Below are positions 23,544 through 35,778 of a stretch of DNA of 51,151 bases, piece after piece. Source of the DNA: Octopus bimaculoides. Taxonomy: Eukaryota. Within the stretch, counting starts at the first letter, position 1. Each line of letters opens with the position of its first letter. The stretch covers positions 12,648,101-12,699,251 of the forward strand of contig NC_068993.1 in NCBI RefSeq assembly GCF_001194135.2, read 5' to 3'. The notes under the pieces were generated by a model. It had not been told where the DNA came from and did not search any database. It worked only from the letters and a program-made list of their open reading frames with translations. A program made the position numbers and the translations under genes.

Positions 23544-24930
23544 TATATGCATACACATGCACGCATATGAATGTAGCCGTGTGGACGTATGTACATATAT
23601 AACCACACACGCACACACACACACACACACGCTCACACACACATATTAAGCTTTAATAAACTTACGCGGTTATGAAAATTCAACGTTTGTTTTTCATTTG
23701 GTGTCATGTACATTGTAATACTGACAATACGGATGTACACATATATAGGAACATATGTATCATGCATACACACACACGTATGTACATATATATATATATA
23801 TATATANNNNNNNNNNNNNNNNNNNNNNNNNNNNNNNNNNNNNNNNNNNNNNNNNNNNNNNNNNNNNNNNNNNNNNNNNNNNNNNNNNNNNNNNNNNNNN
23901 NNNNNNNNNNNNNNNNNNNNNNNNNNNNNNNNNNNNNNNNNNNNNNNNNNNNNNNNNNNNNNNNNNNNNNNNNNNNNNNNNNNNNNNNNNNNNNNNNNNN
24001 NNNNNNNNNNNNNNNNNNNNNNNNNNNNNNNNNNNNNNNNNNNNNNNNNNNNNNNNNNNNNNNNNNNNNNNNNNNNNNNNNNNNNNNNNNNNNNNNNNNN
24101 NNNNNNNNNNNNNNNNNNNNNNNNNNNNNNNNNNNNNNNNNNNNNNNNNNNNNNNNNNNNNNNNNNNNNNNNNNNNNNNNNNNNNNNNNNNNNNNNNNNN
24201 NNNNNNNNNNNNNNNNNNNNNNNNNNNNNNNNNNNNNNNNNNNNNNNNNNNNNNNNNNNNNNNNNNNNNNNNNNNNNNNNNNNNNNNNNNNNNNNNNNNN
24301 NNNNNNNNNNNNNNNNNNNNNNNNNNNNNNNNNNNNNNNNNNNNNNNNNNNNNNNNNNNNNNNNNNNNNNNNNNNNNNNNNNNNNNNNNNNNNNNNNNNN
24401 NNNNNNNNNNNNNNNNNNNNNNNNNNNNNNNNNNNNNNTAAACAACAGAAAAAAAAAAAAAAAAAAAAACTCTGACGAAACATGCGTTCGATACGCGGCA
24501 TGCTAACCTTTTTTTGCTGGTGTCGATATTGTAAAATCCTGTAATAGATTGTTGACAGCCACGAAAATAACTTTTTATATGATTCTTAATCAGGGGATGA
24601 TGGTGTCTAAGATGTTCCCGGGAAAGTGTTTGTCAGATTTAACGAATCTAATTTCATATTGCCCGGTGAATACATACATTGGTGAATGTTAAATTTTGGG
24701 AGTATTTTTTTTTTCCAGAATATGTATATGGGATACTACGGTTCCAAAATTATTGTCGTAATAGCGTGGTAGCAGTTTCCATCCCACCATGCAGAATTCT
24801 GGGTCAGTTAACCAAAGCTTTCTGAGAATAATTTAGTCCACGGAACCTGTGTTATATGCAGTTGTGAGCCTGTGTGAATGATTTTGGCATTGTTGTTGTT
24901 ATTGTTGTTGTTCTTCTTCTTCTTGTCAAA

Positions 24931-25082
24931 ATCGTCGCGTTCTGAGTTCAAAACCAGCTATGGTTTACCTCGATTTTCGTCCTTTCGGGATAGACAGAAT
25001 AACTACCAGTTGTACACTCGGGTCGATGTAATCGACTTTCTTCATCCCCAAAATTGCTGGCCTTGTGCCAAAATTTGAAACT
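24931..25082 (+). mobile_element. SINE family A, 5'-truncated
   Basis: cgcgttctgagttcaaaacc...cctttcggga...cgggtcgatgtaatcgact...ggccttgtgccaaaatttgaaac. Confidence 0.8.
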
Positions 25083-25219
25083 ATTATATCTTTAATCCGA
25101 GTAACAATTATTGGCCGATAAAACAAGGAAAAGACAAATGTTCAATGAACCAGGCAGATGCGTAATAAGCTAAGCTAGGAATCGAAACTGCTTCTAAAAC
25201 AAGTGGTTACTTAAATTGT

Positions 25220-25390
25220 AACCTTTAGTCTTTTCGAGACCAATTAAATAAGTAGCAGCTAAACACCAGGTCAAGAGTAAACGACTGGCCACCTAATCGA
25301 TAAAATAAGTTACCCGTTGAGCACCGGGGTAAATGCAATCGACTTACCCTCTCCTCCGAAACTTTGCCCTTGTGCCGGGGTTAGAAACCA
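25220..25390 (+). mobile_element. SINE family A 3' fragments (partly duplicated)
   Basis: Two successive aaataagta..agct/ccgttgagcaccggggt..atgcaatcgact segments, ending cccttgtgccggggttagaaacc. Confidence 0.6.
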
Positions 25391-26186
25391 GTATTATTGT
25401 TCCTGTCAAGACAGCAATCTAGCTGACAGCATTCCCGTCTATACTGTGTTCGAAATATTACGTTCTTGGCTGTAAAATGCGAAATGCCTTCGACGCTACC
25501 AAAATTTGTTTAGAATACGTTGTTGCATATATATATANNNNNNNNNNNNNNNNNNNNNNNNNNNNNNNNNNNNNNNNNNNNNNNNNNNNNNNNNNNNNNN
25601 NNNNNNNNNNNNNNNNNNNNNNNNNNNNNNNNNNNNNNNNNNNNNNNNNNNNNNNNNNNNNNNNNNNNNNNNNNNNNNNNNNNNNNNNNNNNNNNNNNNN
25701 NNNNNNNNNNNNNNNNNNNNNNNNNNNNNNNNNNNNNNNNNNNNNNNNNNNNNNNNNNNNNNNNNNNNNNNNATATATATAGTCCTCTCTCATTTTTTCT
25801 TAAACATATTTCCTATTTTACATGCTCTTTCACACTTAATTGCCTTTTCTTAAGATATTATGCATAAGCACTTCACTAATATTACATTTTCACACTATTT
25901 ATTGACTGTACTTTTTCCCCGCGACCTTATACCAGTTTTTATATTATTATTTTTCACACCAACTTTTTTTTTCTCGCGCTTTTCTCTCACCTGTATCACA
26001 TTCAAACCCATTCACCTTCATTTCCCACAAATCTTACCCCACCTTCTTGCACACCTTCAGACTTCGCTAGTAACTACGCGCACCTCCCCCTATGCCCGTC
26101 TCTTTATTCGGATACATTCCTATACAAGAAGACAACTTCCTAACTCCTCCGCACGGTACCGTATGCCCACTCAGACCCTAAACACA

Positions 26187-26284
26187 TCTTCTTCTTCTTC
26201 TTCTTCTTCTTCTTCTTCTTCTTCTTCTTCTTCTTCTTCTTCTTCTTCTTCTTCTTCTTCTTCTTCTTCTTCTTCTTCTTCTTC
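26187..26284. repeat. (TTC)n microsatellite
   Basis: Direct reading; an (AGAC)n tract follows at about 26468-26530. Confidence 0.97.
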
Positions 26285-26496
26285 TTCTCTTCCTCTTCCT
26301 ACTCCTCTTCCTTTCCCCGACCACCCTTCTTTCCACCGAAACGTTAAAACTGCCTTTCCTTTCAAGCATTCTATTGATAACATCTTTCTTAAAACTTGTG
26401 AATCTTCAGTGTTTTTCTTCATTTTACTCATTCTTCTTATTCGTATATACATACACACACACACGGATAGACAGACGGACGGACAGACAGACAGAA

Positions 26497-26531
<35 letters not shown>

Positions 26532-26869
26532 TATTCATAATACGTAAATAGGGCTATAATTCAACAAGCGAAGTAACGTAGCTAGTTAGAAAATCAGTAT
26601 AAATATTATTTTAATACTTGTTCTCAAGAATTATAACAGAAAACAGAAAATGTTTTGCTATTATTTATTCCACATTGCATATATTACATTAAATAGGAGT
26701 TACGTAGGTATACTCATAGAAAAAACTTGTAAGACATTTTCAAGATTTTTCTGCTTTTATACGTTTTCATATATATATAAATATACTTATATGTACGTAT
26801 ATACATGCATACACATCACAGATGTGAGAATGTTATAACTCTACACCTCTTTCCCACTTTGGTCCATAT

Positions 26870-27330
26870 TGTCATAGAATTCTGCCGTTTCAAAGATCTC
26901 AAGACTTTTGTGAGTTACCGTTCAGAAGACTGCCAGTGAGTTGGTCTTTGTTGCAGTTACGCTCTATGTCCGACGCATGATATCTAATCTTTCCCTTTTT
27001 GCATATGTTCGTTCTCTCTGTGGATGTGGTTATTTTACAACCTGTGTGATTACCTTCTGTTTTATCCCAGTTGAAGTTTATGGCAGTTTGCTGATGAGAA
27101 TAGAGATCCATTTAAGTGTGGTATTATCCATGCAAGATTTTATTGCTTCTTCACCGCTGTTGTTCTTTCAGTCTTTTGGCCAGTTTCCTTCCTGCTAATG
27201 TTCTAAGTAGCTTGAGCAATGTCTTGCCTTCTTTACTATCTATATCACACCTGAAGGCGTTGTCAAGATTCTATAATCATAGGTCCTCCGGGTTCGTACT
27301 CGCTGTACATCTTGAGCAGAACTTACTTTT
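26870..27330 (-). mobile_element. Strongly decayed R4-clade fragment
   Basis: Minus-strand ...KRLKEQQR*RSNKILHG*Y... (cf. W.NK.LHGQY), KTEGNHTGCKITTSTERTNICKK (cf. ETEG.I.AAQDQ.L.T..Y...I.K) and RIL* (cf. ILWD). Many stops and frameshifts. Confidence 0.45.
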
Positions 27331-27469
27331 TATGCCTTGAGCCGAGCCGAGCCGAGCCGATCTATACAGTGTAAGTAAAAGTGCGTAGACAGGCAGAGCA
27401 TAGAAGCCCGTTGAGTGGCTTCTATCGGTAATTCAGAATGATACAATTTTGTTGCACCCTGTATCATGC

Positions 27470-27545
27470 TGTTGTTGCCTGAGAATTACATTTAAGTATT
27501 CACGTGTCTGTGCAATACTCAACCACCTACACGTTAAATCAGAAG
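27470..27545 (+). mobile_element. SINE tail T2 fragment
   Basis: ttaagtattcacgtgtctgtgcaatactcaaccacctacacgttaa matches T2 (ttaagggtacacgtgtctgtggagtgctcaaccacttgcatgttaa). Confidence 0.55.
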
Positions 27546-28871
27546 TAAATAATTCACTTGATCAAACAATTGAATCCTCAACGACGAACGAGGGAGATCT
27601 ACCACCATGTCATACTTGCTGATAAGGTGGTATGTAACTGCTAGTATATCTGATCGCTGTGTGTGTAGTGTGCTTATGTTGTTGTGTGAGACAATTTGAT
27701 TTCTTGTTCACTGGTATTTCTGGTAACAAGAGCAATAATGGATTTGATAAGTGTTTTGTTGTCTGTTATTTTTTAACCATATGTCTATATGAATTATGTT
27801 GAGTTGCAGTAGTGGTACAGCTGTATTTGAAAGATAGTGGGAAGATTTGAATTAAAATTTATATGTCTATGTGTCTTAGAGTATATTTATTATACAAACA
27901 TATCTTTTTTTCTCAACGAGGTGTAGGGTATGTTTCGATGTCATATTGGAATGTTGTATAACATGTCGACTAAAATAAACATACAGTTGAGGGAGTTGGT
28001 CCTTGTGTGATAGCATTCGGGGAATTATATATAATATAAATAAACCTTTTGTGTCTACAAAGCTTTGGTTAAGATAATAGATCATACAGAAAGGTGGTGG
28101 AGGGATAGATTAAAAAACAAAAACATCGATGAGAGAATGGAACCTTATGTCACAGTATTGAAGAAATTTCAAATTATATAAGGGTTAGGTTTGTACCTTG
28201 CATAAGTCTGGTGAACAATGAGGATGCTGGGCAAAGTTCTGTGCTGTTTCTTTAGGATGTGGTTTATATTTTGAATATAAGTGATCGGAGGCGTAAAAGG
28301 ATTTGTAAACTTGTTAACGTCCATAAAGAGTATAGTCCTGTGTGTGTGTGTTTTAGTTATTTCTAAACTTCAAGCATCGTCGGTATTAGGGTTCACAACT
28401 GTCTTGGTGGTTTAGCTTAGGTCTGAATCTGCGGTGTAATTTAGAGAGAGGAAATATGTGAATTAATGATGTCAAGTATAAGTTTATATAAAGCTTGAGT
28501 GTGTTCAAAAATGGCTGATGGTTTAATGCGATGACTCTAATTCATTTGGGACTTAGTTATTCTCTGAAACTGATGATGCCCATGTTCCAAGAAGTCATGT
28601 TCTTTTCATGCATCGCGATACTGACCTAAAAATGAGTAAATATTAAATATAAGGCATTCGTTTATTTCTGCCTGTGTTCATGTACGTTCTTCTCTGTGTT
28701 ATCTATGTCTCGTGTTTAAATCTATAAGTCTCTATGCATGCGTAAGTCTATGTGTCTGTAAGTGCGTGCGTGTAGGTGTGTGTGTGTGTGTGCATGCCTG
28801 AATGTCTGTAGGTGTGTGCGCGTGTATGTGTCTGTGTGTGGACAAGTGATCGTATCAACGTCGTTTAATAC

Positions 28872-28915
28872 CGTCTGTATCCATTAACCACGACGATCTC
28901 ATCGGTCGCGGGGTT
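28872..28915 (-). CDS. Candidate 44-nt coding exon of an unidentified gene (NPATDEIVVVNGYR or TPRPMRSSWLMDTD frame)
   Basis: Acceptor gcgctccttgcttttgcag|A, donor ACG|gtatta. CpG-rich, non-repetitive island in an AT-rich context; two frames open. No homology recognised. Confidence 0.4.
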
Positions 28916-29798
28916 CTGCAAAAGCAAGGAGCGCAACCTCTATCACCAGATCAAAAGAATAAAACTAATTCTTTCAAAGAAATGTTATAATATATAATTT
29001 CATTCCGGGAATCTGTAATTATGCATTTCTCTCAGTTTTTCCCGTATATTTTTAATCTCTCACGTTTGTAATATCATTTACACAGTTGAGAGAAAGGCAT
29101 GAATGCCACAGTTCACTTACACTAAACTTATCAGCTTTCATACACAAAACATAATTTGGGTGACAAAGATATATTTATAAAAATGATTGTATATACATGT
29201 GTGCATGTAAATATTCCACTCTTGTCTTCTTTTCCTCTTCATACAGGCGAAACGTTCTCTCAGTGTATCTCTGCGACTCTTTTTTCACAGTTTATTCGTG
29301 TGTGTGCTTGTGTGACGATATCATTACACGTATGCATGAACAATTATGTATATATANNNNNNNNNNNNNNNNNNNNNNNNNNNNNNNNNNNNNNNNNNNN
29401 NNNNNNNNNNNNNNNNNNNNNNNNNNNNNNNNNNNNNNNNNNNNNNNNNNNNNNNNNNNNNNNNNNNNNNNNNNNNNNNNNNNNNNNNNNNNNNNNNNNN
29501 NNNNNNNNNNNNNNNNNNNNNNNNNNNNNNNNNNNNNNNNNNNNNNNNNNNNNNNNNNNNNNNNNNNNNNNNNNNNNNNNNNNNNNNNNNNNNNNNNNNN
29601 NNNNNNNNNNNNNNNNNNNNNNNNNNNNNNNNNNNNNNNNNNNNNNNNNNNNNNNNNNNNNNNNNNNNNNNNNNNNNNNNNNNNNNNNNNNNNNNNNNNN
29701 NNNNNNNNNNNNNNNNNNNNNNNNNNNNNNNNNNNNNTATATATATATATAAAGACTTGCCTATATCCATTTCTTTGCTAACAAAATGCATTCCTTGA

Positions 29799-29838
<40 letters not shown>

Positions 29839-31260
29839 TGTATGCGTATGACTGTGACACTGACTACGTGTATGCACGTGTGTCAGGACAAGCATGTATG
29901 TGTACAAAAGCATATCTGTGAAAGCGCCTGAACGTCAACGTATATACATCATATTTACGCCTGTGTATAAATATATGCATATTTCAGTAAATGTGAACAT
30001 AAATTATAAATACATGTGTGTCAATTCATATGATGCTGCGTAAACTTTTAAACACAAACGAATAAATACATTACTGCGAGGTCCATTCTCTGCAATTTAA
30101 TCCATTATGAAAAGCTATTACAAAATACAGAAAGGCATAAAGAAATGATAAGTATCTCTAGACGTGTATATTCATTCCTAGATCTCTCATTTCAATAAAT
30201 GCCCCATTTAATTTGGAATTCGCATTTCGACTTTTTATACGGTGCCAAAAAGTTGAGTCCGTGCCATATCTATCTATCTCTCTATCTGTCTATCTATCTA
30301 TATTATCTAAACACACACACAATTGTATATATATATATATATATATATAATATCTGTTGACATACATATGCATATATATTACATATAAGTGCACACACAC
30401 ACATATATATACATATATATANNNNNNNNNNNNNNNNNNNNNNNNNNNNNNNNNNNNNNNNNNNNNNNNNNNNNNNNNNNNNNNNNNNNNNNNNNNNNNN
30501 NNNNNNNNNNNNNNNNNNNNNNNNNNNNNNNNNNNNNNNNNNNNNNNNNNNNNNNNNNNNNNNNNNNNNNNNNNNNNNNNNNNNNNNNNNNNNNNNNNNN
30601 NNNNNNNNNNNNNNNNNNNNNNNNNNNNNNNNNNNNNNNNNNNNNNNNNNNNNNNNNNNNNNNNNNNNNNNNNNNNNNNNNNNNNNNNNNNNNNNNNNNN
30701 NNNNNNNNNNNNNNNNNNNNNNNNNNNNNNNNNNNNNNNNNNNNNNNNNNNNNNNNNNNNNNNNNNNNNNNNNNNNNNNNNNNNNNNNNNNNNNNNNNNN
30801 NNNNNNNNNNNNNNNNNNNNNNNNNNNNNNNNNNNNNNNNNNNNNNNNNNNNNNNNNNNNNNNNNNNNNNNNNNNNNNNNNNNNNNNNNNNNNNNNNNNN
30901 NNNNNNNNNNNNNNNNNNNNNNNNNNNNNNNNNNNNNNNNNNNNNNNNNNNNNNNNNNNNNNNNNNNNNNNNNNNNNNNNNNNNNNNNNNNNNNNNNNNN
31001 NNNNNNNNNNNNNNNNNNNNNNNNNNNNNNNNNNNNNNNNNNNNNNNNNNNNNNNNNNNNNNNNNNNNNNNNNNNNNNNNNNNNNNNNNNNNNNNNNNNN
31101 NNNNNNNNNNNNNNNNNNNNNNNNNNNNNNNNNNNNNNNNNNNNNNNNNNNNNNNNNNNNNNNNNNNNNNNNNNNNNNNNNNNNNNNNNNNNNNNNNNNN
31201 NNNNNNNNNNNNNNNNNNNNNNNNNNNNNNNNNNNNNNNNNNNNNNNNNNNNNNNNNNNN

Positions 31261-31296
<36 letters not shown>

Positions 31297-32420
31297 CATG
31301 CGTATATATATATGTATATATGCATATACATGCATGGATATACATATATACATGCACATATACACACACATACTCAAACACACACACACACGCACACACA
31401 CACATAGATATGGATACATGTATATCTGTACGTATGTATATGATGTGTGTGTATATGTATTTAGCCTGATAGAATAGTAAACGTCATGACATAAGCCTTT
31501 CATGAGAAAGTCGATGAATTCTGTACGGTAGCGGGAAGCAGGATGGGGATGTAACATATCGGATTGATGTTTGATGTGCACGACTGCCACACAAATAAAC
31601 GTATGTAAGTAATGGCATCGTCACGCTTTTAATTATCATATCTGTATATCTCTCTGTGTCTATAGTGTGTGATGATCTATTTATGCCTCTATCTACCTAT
31701 CTTTACACACACACACACACATATATGTGTGTGTGTCTGTGGAAAGATAGATATATAGATAGATTCATAAACACATAAAGACACATGTACAACAGTCTAT
31801 CTCCTTAAATATCTACAAATTGTTATTACGCTTCCTACTTTCCTTTCGCAATCTAATGCATACGTCTGTATTAAAATAACTATATATATATATATNNNNN
31901 NNNNNNNNNNNNNNNNNNNNNNNNNNNNNNNNNNNNNNNNNNNNNNNNNNNNNNNNNNNNNNNNNNNNNNNNNNNNNNNNNNNNNNNNNNNNNNNNNNNN
32001 NNNNNNNNNNNNNNNNNNNNNNNNNNNNNNNNNNNNNNNNNNNNNNNNNNNNNNNNNNNNNNNNNNNNNNNNNNNNNNNTTTATGAAATACAATCCCGCT
32101 GTGAGCATCTTTTTTTTCGATAAGCCGACCTCGGTGTGACATTATTCAAGTATATGCGCATAAAATCAGTATTATATTTTCTAATTTTGTGTGCTGTGAT
32201 TCAAGTGATAATTTTTGCTATTTCCTTTATTTCGGTTAACCAAGTTCAGGTTGTAGTAAGCATTGTTTAACTATAAGGAAAAAGAGAGAAAAAAAACCCA
32301 ATATTGAGTGTTGGGTATAGAGAATCAAAATAATACATTGTTTGTTTGGACGAGACTTTTGCATTTTAAGCGAGATGGGACACATAGAGCAACATACAAA
32401 TAAATGGTTTCTTCTTTTAG

Positions 32421-32441
32421 ATCGGCACAGAACTCCTTATG
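32421..32441 (+). CDS. Candidate 21-nt microexon
   Basis: Acceptor tggtttcttcttttag|A, donor ATG|gtaagc. Length is a multiple of 3 and all three frames are open (IGTELLM / xRHRTPYG / SAQNSLx). Confidence 0.3.
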
Positions 32442-32797
32442 GTAAGCTGTCTGATATTGGACAAGGAAATTTAATCTCACAAGTATTACAGTTAAGAATA
32501 AGCGGTCCGTCATACGGACAATGAACTATCTAATATCAACACCTGGAAATATATCATATCGCAATCAAATATCAAACGAACGGAAAATGTGATTGAACTG
32601 CTATGGTACTCTGTATAGTTTACTTTGGTATATCCTTTGCATAGAATCCCTGCCGACTGAAATAGGTCTTGTTGAAAGTAACCATATTCGTTGAATCTTG
32701 TCTATCTGTAAGCTAGTAATGTTTGAATCATTCGAACGGTGGAGACATCTAGGTTTTAAAATATTAAGCACACAAGTACAAATATATACTATTCAAC

Positions 32798-33105
32798 TCT
32801 AGGCCCAAAGCCCGAAATTTTGGGGAAGGGTGGGGGGCATTCGATTAGACCGACCTCACTACGTAACTGGTACTTAATTTACCGACCCCGAAAGGATGAA
32901 AGTCAAAGTTGACCTCGGTGGAATTTGAACTCACAACGTATAGACAGACGAAATACCGCTGAGCATTTCGCCTGGCGTACTAACGTTTCTTATTTCTCTA
33001 CTGCCCACAAGGGGCTACACACAGATGGGACAGACAAGAGCAGACCCCAGTGCGTATCTGGTACGTATTTAATCGACCCCGAAAGGATAAAAGCAAAGTC
33101 AACCA
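32798..33105 (-). mobile_element. SINE family A head-to-tail dimer
   Basis: Minus strand: partial A copy with tail 2 (...gtagccccttgtgggcagtagagaaataa) fused directly to gaaacgttagtacgccaggcgaaatgctcagcggtatttcgtctg...cgggctttgggcctagag. Confidence 0.82.
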
Positions 33106-33123
33106 ATGTCGATAGATAGATAT

Positions 33124-33160
<37 letters not shown>

Positions 33161-33784
33161 CAGATCGAAAGATAGATAGATGATATATATATATAATACA
33201 TAGCGTATGTGTGTAACTGTGTGTATCGTTCACATTCGATAATTTGAATTTTATTTACTGTATTTCTACAAAACACGTTGTTTAACTACTGACTATCGAT
33301 AGATTCGTTGTTTGGCCTGTGTCTATGTGCGTGTGTAACTGCGAACTGCAATTCGGTTTATATCTTCTAAAAAACAACAAAAGAAATTGTATGGTCATTC
33401 ATCAATATTTTAGCACGGAGCCAAGAGAAACACACATAAACACAACTCTTCAAGCACGCGCACTCATAGGCACGCGCATACATACGCACGCGTGCACGCA
33501 CGCACACACACACGCACGCACACACACACGCACGCCCATATACCTATATGCACATATATACATATGTGTATATGTGCATATACATGAATATGTTCATATG
33601 CATATAACGTATATATATATGCATATACATATAAGCATATATATGTCTATATATATATATATACATATACGTATATATATGTATATATATATATGTCTAT
33701 ATATACATATATATATGTATGTATGTATATATATATATATCTAAAGCAAGCATTAGAATATACATATATCCTCATAAATACATA

Positions 33785-33828
<44 letters not shown>

Positions 33829-34782
33829 AATGTACGTATGTATATGCAAGTTTACGTGCCTCTATTTATGGATATATATATATATATGTACGTAGAAGCA
33901 TATAATTATATGTATATGTTGCATGGTGTGTATGAAAACAGAATAAAAAAGAAAACATTTTTATTTCAATATGCAGTCATACGCACACATATCCGTACGC
34001 ATGCATGCACGGGTACATACAATACAATACAATACAATACATGCATACACACATACAGACATTTAAATATATACGACTTTATCAAAGTTCACATTCGGTT
34101 CGCACCGCCCCAGTGTTTTTGGAGCACTGCCAGAAAACTTCATATTAATATCAGCTTGGGTCAATAAGGCCGAATATCAATTTCACGTCAATCTATTATG
34201 TTAGCAATTTGAAGACACAGCACTATCAAACCGCTCCTTCTTCTCTCCCTCCCGCTAGTGTTTACATATATTTAGAAATGTTGCCCCATTAGTTTATCGT
34301 TATAAACTTATTTTTGTTTCTTTACATAATTATATTTTAATATGACCTCCATTGGTGTGTTTTTATAAATTTATTGAAATAATATATTTTAAAAATTTAT
34401 TTATTAGCGTATAATAAGCATTATCATTGCTCTTCTCATTTAGTTTCCTTGTGTGATGTTGATGCCAAATTGGTATTCCTGCCGCTTTGTTTCGTCTTTG
34501 TTTTTCTTTTTTTTGGTCTTGAAAGAAACTAGGAATACGTCTGTGCTCACATATCTGAACACTTTTAGAGCTATGAGTCAGCGAGGGAACATCTACATGG
34601 TAACACGCTCTACTAGAAATAATGACCAAATCTCCTTCGAGTCAGAATTTAGTTTCTTCAGAATGGAAGAACATATTGTATAATGTATTCCAGTGCCAAT
34701 GATAACGAAAAGAAATGAACAGAATTGATTCGGCTTACTTTGATAATAAGCTGCTTGGTTATGGTTGACCAACGGCCTTTTA

Positions 34783-34939
34783 TCATTTACGTTCCATTTA
34801 CACTATTTACATTCAACGGATATTTGTCCTCATCTTGTTTGTTGTTAACACAGCGTTTCGGCTTGTATACCCTCCAGCCTTCATCAGGTGTCTTGCGGAA
34901 ATTTCGAACATGGGTTCTCATTCCTAAGGTATTTTTCGA

Positions 34940-34994
<55 letters not shown>

Positions 34995-35097
34995 ATCATT
35001 ATTATTATCATTATTATTATTAATCCGGTCACTGCCTGGGATCGAATTCGGAATCTTGGGATTAGCAGCCCGCGCTCTTGACCACTACACTATATGC
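34783..35097 (-). mobile_element. tRNA-headed SINE-like element, family D: tRNA-like head + (AAT)n + hammerhead-bearing 3' region
   Basis: Minus strand starts gcatatagtgtagtggtcaagagcgcgggctgctaatcccaagattccgaattcgatcccaggc (A-box-like tagtgtagtgg, B-box-like ttcgatccc), then (AAT)n, then aacatcgaaaaataccttagg...gacacctgatgaaggct..., ending in imperfect tgtaaat(a/g) repeats. Confidence 0.75.
34847..34892 (-). ncRNA. Minimal type I hammerhead ribozyme fold (U16.1 position is C in this copy)
   Basis: RNA 5'-GACAC CUGAUGA A GGCU GGAGGGUAUACA AGCC GAAA CG C U GUGUU-3'. Core CUGAUGA and GAAA, stem II GGCU/AGCC, stem I GACAC/GUGUU, palindromic 2-bp stem III. Confidence 0.72.
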
Positions 35098-35105
35098 TCA
35101 CAGGC

Positions 35106-35147
<42 letters not shown>

Positions 35148-35149
<2 letters not shown>

Positions 35150-35445
35150 TCAGTTTCCGTCTACCAAATCCACTAATCAGGCTGTGGTCGGCCCGTGGCC
35201 GGCCCGTGGCTATAGTAGAAACACTTGCCCAAGGTGCAGCCCAGTGAGACTGAACCCAGAACCATGTGGTTGGAATACAAGCTTACATATAAATATACGA
35301 CGGGCTTCTTTTACTTTCCTTCTACCAAATCCACTCACATGACTTTGGTCAGCCCGAGGCTATAGAAGACATTTGCCTAATGTGCGATGCAAGGAGACTG
35401 GAACCTGAACCATGTGGTTTGAAAGCAACTGTTTTGCACTCAGGG
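35148..35445 (-). mobile_element. Two tandem 5' halves of SINE family B
   Basis: 35148-35286 and 35298-35445 both read as the reverse complement of ...ccacatggttc.gggttcagtc...ttgggcaagtgtt/cttctactatagcc...gtggatttggtaga. Confidence 0.82.
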
Positions 35446-35471
35446 TTTTTACTCATTTTATTTTATAGATG

Positions 35472-35778
35472 GTGGAAGCGAGTGTTTTACTGGCTAGGGT
35501 GATCAACCTTACAGTCACGAGTTTGATTTCCGGCGACGTGTTGTATCCGTGAGCTAGAAACTTTATTTCACATTGTTCCGGTCCACTCACCTGGCAGTAA
35601 CTCAACTGTTAGTACCTGTATTTCAAAGGACCGACCTTATCGCACTCTGCGTCACGCTGAATCTCCATAAGACCTACGTTCAGTTTACCCGTTATGTCTG
35701 TGGAGTGCTCAGCCACTTACACGTTAATTTCACGAGCAGGCTGTTCCGTTCATCGGATCAACTGGAACCCACGTCGTT
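35472..35778 (+). mobile_element. tRNA-derived SINE family C (head + body 1 + tail T2), diverged
   Basis: gtggaagcg...gtttgattt; body gcgacgtgttgtatccgtgagc...cacattgttccggtccactca; tail gtacctgtatttcaaaggacc...gtggagtgctcagccacttacacgttaatttcacgagcaggctgttccgttcatcggatcaactggaaccc. Confidence 0.82.

Noticed and set aside
24468-24505. Hammerhead-like ctgacga-aac-atgc-gtt-cgatacgcggc
   Set aside because: GAAA and the NUH triplet are both altered and there is no stem I pairing; too degenerate to call.
29247-29330. Strong plus-strand acceptor (tcttcttttcctcttcatacag|G)
   Set aside because: No convincing donor before the sequence runs into (TG)n/(TA)n.
35030-35097. Functional tRNA gene
   Set aside because: The acceptor stem does not close and the B-box is degenerate; better explained as a SINE head. 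The same applies to the heads at about 2480-2540 and 46075-46142.
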